DNA of 64,000 nt from Litorimonas sp. (GTDB taxonomy: Bacteria > Pseudomonadota > Alphaproteobacteria > Caulobacterales > Maricaulaceae), in assembly GCA_039975855.1 (NCBI GenBank), contig JBDWGH010000001.1, positions 31-64,030 on the forward strand, given 5' to 3'. Positions 58,700 to 64,000 of the stretch are shown here, piece by piece (positions within the stretch are counted from its first letter, which is position 1; every line of letters begins with the position of its first letter). Below the pieces are notes generated by a model. It made no database searches. It saw only the letters and a program-made list of their open reading frames with translations, and had not been told where the DNA came from. The translations under genes were made by a program, and so were the position numbers.

Positions 58700-59163
58700 A
58701 GATGTTTCTCCATGCCAATATTGGCGCGCGCATAGACGGGATGCGGGCCTTCATGGTTTACGGTCCAGCCGTTACGAGCATAAAGACGTAACGCGGCGGC
58801 ATTTTTTGTGTTGGATAAGAGAAACAGGTAATCCAGACCAAGTTCGTCTTTGGCATATGCCTCAACCGCCGTCATGATGTGTTGCCCGACACCATTTCCG
58901 CGAAAAGCGCTATCGACCGCCATTTTCGTCAGTTCATATCGACCATCATCATGTTTCTTAAGCGCGCAAGCGCCCGCGACTTTTCCGTCAATATGCGCGG
59001 AGAAGACATGATTGCCGTTTTGCGTATAGATCTCGGGATGCGCGACCATCAGCTTGTCAGACTCTTCAAGATAATGAAGGTCCTCAATCCACTCCGCATT
59101 CAATGCGGCAAAGCGGGGCAGGGCAGACGGGTCATTTCGGCGAATGGTTACGGGGTTGGTCAT
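58696..59163 (-). CDS. GNAT-family N-acetyltransferase
   Basis: Motif A VDSAFRGNGVGQHIMTAVEAYA. The ATG at 59163 gives MTNPVTIRRND... The alternative GTG at 59208 has no SD. Confidence 0.78.
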   Translation of the reverse strand: MTNPVTIRRNDPSALPRFAALNAEWIEDLHYLEESDKLMVAHPEIYTQNGNHVFSAHIDGKVAGACALKKHDDGRYELTKMAVDSAFRGNGVGQHIMTAVEAYAKDELGLDYLFLLSNTKNAAALRLYARNGWTVNHEGPHPVYARANIGMEKHL

Positions 59164-59291
59164 GTCTGTGAATTGGCATAATGTCCCCGTTTTCGCAATG
59201 TCGGACACGGAGGACGCGGTGTCGGACGCGAAAAGCTTTGCATTTTTTGCGGTCTCGCCCTTAGGTTTGATGACAGCATGAGGAGGCGGGA

Positions 59292-59912
59292 ATGAAAAAG
59301 ACCGAAAAAATTGAAGTGCGCGTCAGCTATGAAGAGAAAGAACGGCTGACCGAATTGGCAGAGCAGCGCAATCAAAACATAAGTGAGCTGATCCGTGATC
59401 GTATGGCCGGACAATATACCGTGCCGGCGCAGACAATATCGCGCGATATTATGTGGAATCGCGGTATCTCGGTCGTGGCGCTGGTTTTGGGCTCAATTGC
59501 GTTCTTATGGGGCATTATCGGGATGATGGTTGACGGAAAGTCGAATGCCTCTCCAATCCTTTCCACCGTCCAAATGACCGAAGCGGAAGAGTTTTTTCCA
59601 GCTCTTGAAACCAAAATTGCCCATCGCGATGGTTTCACGAAAAGCTACATAATCCAAACGGCAGAGGGGAGCTATCAAACGTCTCACTTGGTTGAGGAGG
59701 CAGGCGGAGTCTTTCAGCTAAAGGTGGGTCTATGCCGGGTAGAGGGCGAAAGCTGCGTGCCGCTCCAAAGCAAAGAATTAATACTGTCTCCGCCAAGCCG
59801 AAATGCGCGCCAAAGTACGGCTCTGTTTTTCGATCAAGAGCAGCCGATCTTCAAAGTCACGGCATTCCCGCAACCGCAACCGCAATCCGAAACGGAAAAA
59901 AGCGAATCCTAA
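59292..59912 (+). CDS. Membrane-anchored ribbon-helix-helix (CopG/MobC-like) domain protein
   Basis: N-terminus KIEVRVSYEEKERLTELAEQRNQNISELIRDRM has an RHH beta-alpha-alpha pattern. One TM follows (ISVVALVLGSIAFLWGIIGMMV), then a ~115-aa extracytoplasmic domain with 2 Cys. GAGGAGG SD. Confidence 0.6.
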   Translation: MKKTEKIEVRVSYEEKERLTELAEQRNQNISELIRDRMAGQYTVPAQTISRDIMWNRGISVVALVLGSIAFLWGIIGMMVDGKSNASPILSTVQMTEAEEFFPALETKIAHRDGFTKSYIIQTAEGSYQTSHLVEEAGGVFQLKVGLCRVEGESCVPLQSKELILSPPSRNARQSTALFFDQEQPIFKVTAFPQPQPQSETEKSES

Positions 59913-60679
59913 ATATTCTCGCCCGTCACACTGCTCATCACGGTGACGGGCGCATCGTTGAGCGTTAAGTCATGTTCCGCTGCGCGGAGGCGGTCTAAAC
60001 GGATCATTGCTATTCCCGAATTGCCATTCGTGTGCAGGATGTCGCCAATAACTCTTTCGCCTGACAGGACTCGATCTCCTGCCTTCGCGTTTTCGTCTGT
60101 GATGATGCCCCGCATGCGTTTCTTCACCGTCGTCATCCGTTTCATCCGGCTGACGACTTCTTGACCAACGAAACAGCCCTTCGAGAAATTGACGCCGTTC
60201 AGCAGGTCCATATTGGCGTCGGCGGGGAAGACTTGCTGCGTTTCAAAGTCCCATTCGCTGTCTGGCACACCAAGTGAGAGGCGGTGCGAGTCATAATCTG
60301 CCGTCTCCAACATTGGGGTTTCTGTCACCACGCGATTCCCCAATGAGGCATGACGTGGGTCTGGATGGCCCTGCATGTCTTCCTCATCCCAGACAGCATA
60401 AACGTGTAGATCTGTCTCGGCGATCTCAATCGGCGCGCGCAAACGGTACATGCGTAGGCGTTTGTGAAGGCCTTCCGCAAACTTTGTGGCTGTTTCCAAA
60501 AGAAGGTCTTCGCCGTCTTTATATATAAAGAAATCCGCGATGATCTTGCCCTGAGGCGTTAAAAGCGCAGCAAACGTGATGTTTTCCTCTATGGAATTGG
60601 TTGTCAGCCCGGATAACCAATCACTTACGCCTTCACCGGAGAGACGGAAAACTGTTCTGGAGAGACGTGCGCTGGACAT
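59909..60679 (-). CDS. ygfZ: Folate-binding YgfZ/CAF17-family protein (Fe-S cluster repair / tRNA modification associated)
   Basis: Signature KGCFVGQEVVSRMKRM (K-G-C-[YF]-x-G-Q-E) and GcvT-like fold length (256 aa). Confidence 0.85.
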   Translation of the reverse strand: MSSARLSRTVFRLSGEGVSDWLSGLTTNSIEENITFAALLTPQGKIIADFFIYKDGEDLLLETATKFAEGLHKRLRMYRLRAPIEIAETDLHVYAVWDEEDMQGHPDPRHASLGNRVVTETPMLETADYDSHRLSLGVPDSEWDFETQQVFPADANMDLLNGVNFSKGCFVGQEVVSRMKRMTTVKKRMRGIITDENAKAGDRVLSGERVIGDILHTNGNSGIAMIRLDRLRAAEHDLTLNDAPVTVMSSVTGENI

Positions 60680-60773
60680 GCCGAGGATATGGGCTGCGCT
60701 GTAGCCGCCTGCAAGGCATTAGAACGCTGTTTCTAATGCGGCGCTAAAGCATCAGAAACAACAGCCTGTGCTG

Positions 60774-60802
60774 TTGACGTTTCGCGAATCTCCCCCTATA
60801 GG
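60774..60802 (+). promoter_or_regulatory. Sigma-70-type promoter candidate for rpsL-rpsG-fusA
   Basis: TTGACG (60774-60779), a 17-nt spacer, then TATAGG (60797-60802). This predicts a leader of about 185-190 nt before the rpsL ATG. Confidence 0.5.
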
Positions 60803-60994
60803 CGCGCTCGTTGATAGGCATGCTGTCCGGAGAACACTCTGGAAACCTTGTTTGAGACGAGACTAAAACTTTTAAATTCAAGTCATTATGGCCCGCTTCG
60901 GGGGGTAAAGGTGGCTTTTGGAGCGAATAGCCGGCCCCGCGGACAATGATGTCATGCGGAGATGGGCTTTTTGCATATTTGTGCAGGATATTAA

Positions 60995-61366
60995 ATGCCA
61001 ACGATTCAACAGCTGATCCGGAAGCCCCGGAAAGACAAGCGTAAGCGGAACAAGGTTCCGGCGCTAGAAGCCTGCCCGCAAAAGCGTGGCGTGTGCACCC
61101 GGGTCTATACAACGACACCAAAGAAACCGAACTCAGCCTTGCGTAAGGTTGCTAAGGTTCGTCTCACCAACGGTTTTGAGGTTCTCTCATATATCCCAGG
61201 TGAGGGTCATAACCTTCAAGAGCATAGTGTTGTGCTCATTCGCGGCGGCCGCGTAAAAGATTTGCCGGGTGTGCGTTATCACGTCCTTCGTGGTGTCTTG
61301 GATACGCAAGGCGTCAAAGATCGTAAGCAACGTCGTTCGAAATACGGCGCGAAGCGTCCTAAGTAA
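60995..61366 (+). CDS. rpsL: 30S ribosomal protein S12
   Basis: [52 protein letters not shown]... Confidence 0.98.
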   Translation: MPTIQQLIRKPRKDKRKRNKVPALEACPQKRGVCTRVYTTTPKKPNSALRKVAKVRLTNGFEVLSYIPGEGHNLQEHSVVLIRGGRVKDLPGVRYHVLRGVLDTQGVKDRKQRRSKYGAKRPK

Positions 61367-61378
61367 GGAGACTGATAC

Positions 61379-61849
61379 ATGTCACGTCGTCACCGCGCTG
61401 AGAAACGCACAATTCTCCCAGATGCCAAGTTTAATGACTTGATCCTGGCTAAATTCATGAACGCCATCATGCTTGATGGTAAAAAGTCTACAGCTGAATC
61501 CATCGTCTATGGCGCCATGGATATCGTTCAAGACAAAGCAAAGACTGAGCCTCTTTCAGTTTTCCACGACGCTCTTGAGAACATCAAGCCGGCTGTCGAG
61601 GTTCGCTCCCGCCGTGTTGGTGGTGCAACCTATCAGGTCCCTGTTGAGGTTCGTCCGGACCGTCGCCAAGCACTAGCCATTCGTTGGTTGGTCAAGGCGT
61701 CACGCGCCCGTAACGAGAACACAATGCGCGAGCGTCTCGCGGGTGAGCTTCTCGATGCTTCTAATAACCGCGGCTCTGCCGTTAAAAAACGCGAAGACAC
61801 ACACAAAATGGCGGAAGCTAACCGTGCGTTCTCGCATTACCGCTGGTAA
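61379..61849 (+). CDS. rpsG: 30S ribosomal protein S7
   Basis: [40 protein letters not shown]... Confidence 0.98.
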   Translation: MSRRHRAEKRTILPDAKFNDLILAKFMNAIMLDGKKSTAESIVYGAMDIVQDKAKTEPLSVFHDALENIKPAVEVRSRRVGGATYQVPVEVRPDRRQALAIRWLVKASRARNENTMRERLAGELLDASNNRGSAVKKREDTHKMAEANRAFSHYRW

Positions 61850-61878
61850 CTTTTACTTACTCCTAGGAATCGACTGTC

Positions 61879-63963
61879 ATGGCTCGCGAATACGACCTTA
61901 AAGACTACCGGAACTTCGGTATCATGGCCCACATTGATGCGGGCAAAACAACATGTACCGAGCGGATCCTCTACTACACTGGTAAGAACCATAAAATCGC
62001 TGAAGTTCATGATGGCGCCGCCACTATGGATTGGATGGAGCAAGAGCAAGAGCGTGGCATTACGATCACCTCCGCTGCAACAACCTGTTTTTGGGACAAT
62101 AAGCGCCTGAACATCATCGATACACCGGGTCACGTTGACTTCACCATTGAAGTTGAGCGTTCCCTTCGTGTTTTGGATGGTGCTGTTGCGCTTCTCGATG
62201 CCAATGCTGGTGTTGAGCCGCAAACAGAAACTGTTTGGCGTCAAGCTGACAAGTATAATGTCCCGCGTATGATCTTCATCAACAAGATGGATAAGATCGG
62301 TGCTGACTTTTATGCGTCTGTTCAGTCTGTCAAAGATCGCCTCGGCGGAAACGCGCTGGAAATGCAGCTCCCTATTGGTGCTGAGGATCAGTTCATCGGT
62401 GTTGTCGATCTCGTCAAAAACGTTGCTTACACATGGGCGAAGGACACAGAGCTTGGTGCGAAATATGACACCGTCGATATTCCTGAAGAGTTGAAAGAAA
62501 AAGCTGCTGAATACCGCGAAGCGCTCATCGAGGCTGTTGCTGACATGGATGACGCGGTCATGGAGGCTTATTTCGAAGGTGAAATGCCATCCGTAGAGAC
62601 CATTCAGCGTCTCGTTCGTGAGGCAACGATCGCAAATAAAGTTGTGCCTGTCTTCTGTGGTACGGCCTTTAAGAACAAAGGTGTTCAGCCTTTGCTCGAT
62701 GCTGTTGTGTCTTACTTACCGTCTCCGCTGGATATTCCTGCGATCACTGGTATCGACGTAAAGACTGGCGAAGAAACAACGCGTCCTGCGTCAGATGACA
62801 CGCCGCTCTCCATGCTTGCGTTTAAAATCATGAACGACAGCTTCGTTGGCTCGCTCACATTCTGTCGTCTTTACTCTGGTGTATTGACTGCGGGTTCGAC
62901 TGTTCTCAACACAGTTAAAGAGAAAAAAGAGCGCGTTGGCCGTATGATGATGATGCACTCTAATGATCGTGAAGACATTAAAGAGGCGTATGCGGGCGAT
63001 ATTATCGCTGTTGCGTCCCTGAAGGCGTCAACAACAGGTGACACGCTTTGTGATCCAGCGCATCCTGTTATTCTTGAGCGTATGGAATTCCCAGCACCGG
63101 TTATTGAAATCGCGGTTGAGCCGAAATCCAAAGCTGACCAGGAAAAACTAGGTGTTGGCCTTCAGCGCTTGGCGGCCGAAGATCCTTCTTTCCGTGTTTC
63201 AACAGACCACGAGTCTGGTCAGACAATCATGGCGGGGATGGGTGAGCTTCACTTGGATATCCTTGTTGATCGTTTGAAGCGTGAATTTGGCGTTGAAGCG
63301 AACATTGGTCAGCCGCAAGTGGCTTATCGTGAAGCCTTGGCTGCACCGGTTGATATCGATTACACGCACAAGAAGCAGTCTGGTGGTTCTGGTCAGTTTG
63401 GCCGCGTGAAAATTCGTTTCGAGCCGCTTGAGCCAGGTGAGGGCATCGTCTTCGAAAATTCCGTTGTTGGTGGTAACGTTCCACGTGAATATATCCCGGG
63501 TGTCGAAAAAGGCATTCGCACAATGGCTGAAACAGGTCTTTTGGCTGGTTTCCCAGTTATCGACTTTAAAGCTGAGCTTTATGATGGTGCTTACCATGAT
63601 GTTGACTCCTCAGTCATGGCTTTCGAAATTGCGGCTCGTGCTGCGTTCCGTCAGATCAAGGTTGAAGGTAAGTTGAAGCTCCTTGAGCCAATCATGAAGG
63701 TCGAAGTTGTGACGCCGGATGAGTATATGGGCGACGTTATTGGTGACCTAAACTCACGCCGCGGCATGATCGAAGGTACTGAGATGCGTGGCAATGCAAA
63801 CGTCATCAACTCAATGGTGCCTTTGGCAAATATGTTCGGTTACGTGAATGATCTGCGCTCAAAAACGCAAGGTCGCGCACAGTTCACAATGACCTTTGAT
63901 CACTATGCGGGCACACCGCAGGCGGTCGCTGACGAAGTAATTTCAAAGCAGGGCGGCGCGTAA
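61879..63963 (+). CDS. fusA: Elongation factor G
   Basis: 694 aa. The G1 P-loop reads AHIDAGKTT, then [13 protein letters not shown] and NKMD. Confidence 0.98.
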   Translation: MAREYDLKDYRNFGIMAHIDAGKTTCTERILYYTGKNHKIAEVHDGAATMDWMEQEQERGITITSAATTCFWDNKRLNIIDTPGHVDFTIEVERSLRVLDGAVALLDANAGVEPQTETVWRQADKYNVPRMIFINKMDKIGADFYASVQSVKDRLGGNALEMQLPIGAEDQFIGVVDLVKNVAYTWAKDTELGAKYDTVDIPEELKEKAAEYREALIEAVADMDDAVMEAYFEGEMPSVETIQRLVREATIANKVVPVFCGTAFKNKGVQPLLDAVVSYLPSPLDIPAITGIDVKTGEETTRPASDDTPLSMLAFKIMNDSFVGSLTFCRLYSGVLTAGSTVLNTVKEKKERVGRMMMMHSNDREDIKEAYAGDIIAVASLKASTTGDTLCDPAHPVILERMEFPAPVIEIAVEPKSKADQEKLGVGLQRLAAEDPSFRVSTDHESGQTIMAGMGELHLDILVDRLKREFGVEANIGQPQVAYREALAAPVDIDYTHKKQSGGSGQFGRVKIRFEPLEPGEGIVFENSVVGGNVPREYIPGVEKGIRTMAETGLLAGFPVIDFKAELYDGAYHDVDSSVMAFEIAARAAFRQIKVEGKLKLLEPIMKVEVVTPDEYMGDVIGDLNSRRGMIEGTEMRGNANVINSMVPLANMFGYVNDLRSKTQGRAQFTMTFDHYAGTPQAVADEVISKQGGA

Positions 63964-64000
63964 CTCGCGCCCCTGATTAACGTTTAACCTCAGAGAGATA

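Overview
The gene order and protein sequences look alphaproteobacterial, with moderate GC. I cannot name a genus from the sequence alone. The window opens with the 3' end of a tuf copy, tRNA-Trp and the block secE-nusG-rplK-rplA-rplJ-rplL-rpoB-rpoC (1-12.4 kb). It closes with rpsL-rpsG-fusA (61.0-64.0 kb). The 48.6 kb in between mixes housekeeping genes with accessory modules.

Housekeeping genes: glnB-glnA, the NADP-malic enzyme maeB, nadA/nadB/nadC, tag and ygfZ.

Accessory modules:
- Two tandem M19 dipeptidase lipoproteins with an MFS transporter and a GNAT.
- A decayed island of about 10.5 kb anchored at tRNA-Leu. It has an integrase relic, 12-bp tandem repeats and an att-like direct repeat. 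Its cargo is an Lrp regulator, an NCS1 permease, a hydantoinase-A-like protein, DUF917, a TonB-dependent receptor and a TPR-sulfotransferase.
- A hexuronate-type locus: AGE-family isomerase, an Nramp-fold transporter whose metal site is ablated, uxuB and uxuA.
- A GT2 plus GT87-like membrane glycosyltransferase pair next to a Met/Lys/Asp-rich repeat protein.
- A divergent pair of a DUF1338 (HglS-like) gene and a saccharopine-dehydrogenase-like gene.
- A GH10 xylanase lipoprotein.
- A GNAT-hypothetical-Tag-SUKH operon.
- A membrane-anchored ribbon-helix-helix protein.

I saw no rRNA, CRISPR array, intact transposase or intact integrase. All calls rest on reading the supplied translations and the DNA by eye. 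No database search or computation was run, so family assignments are motif-level recognitions and percentages are hand estimates.
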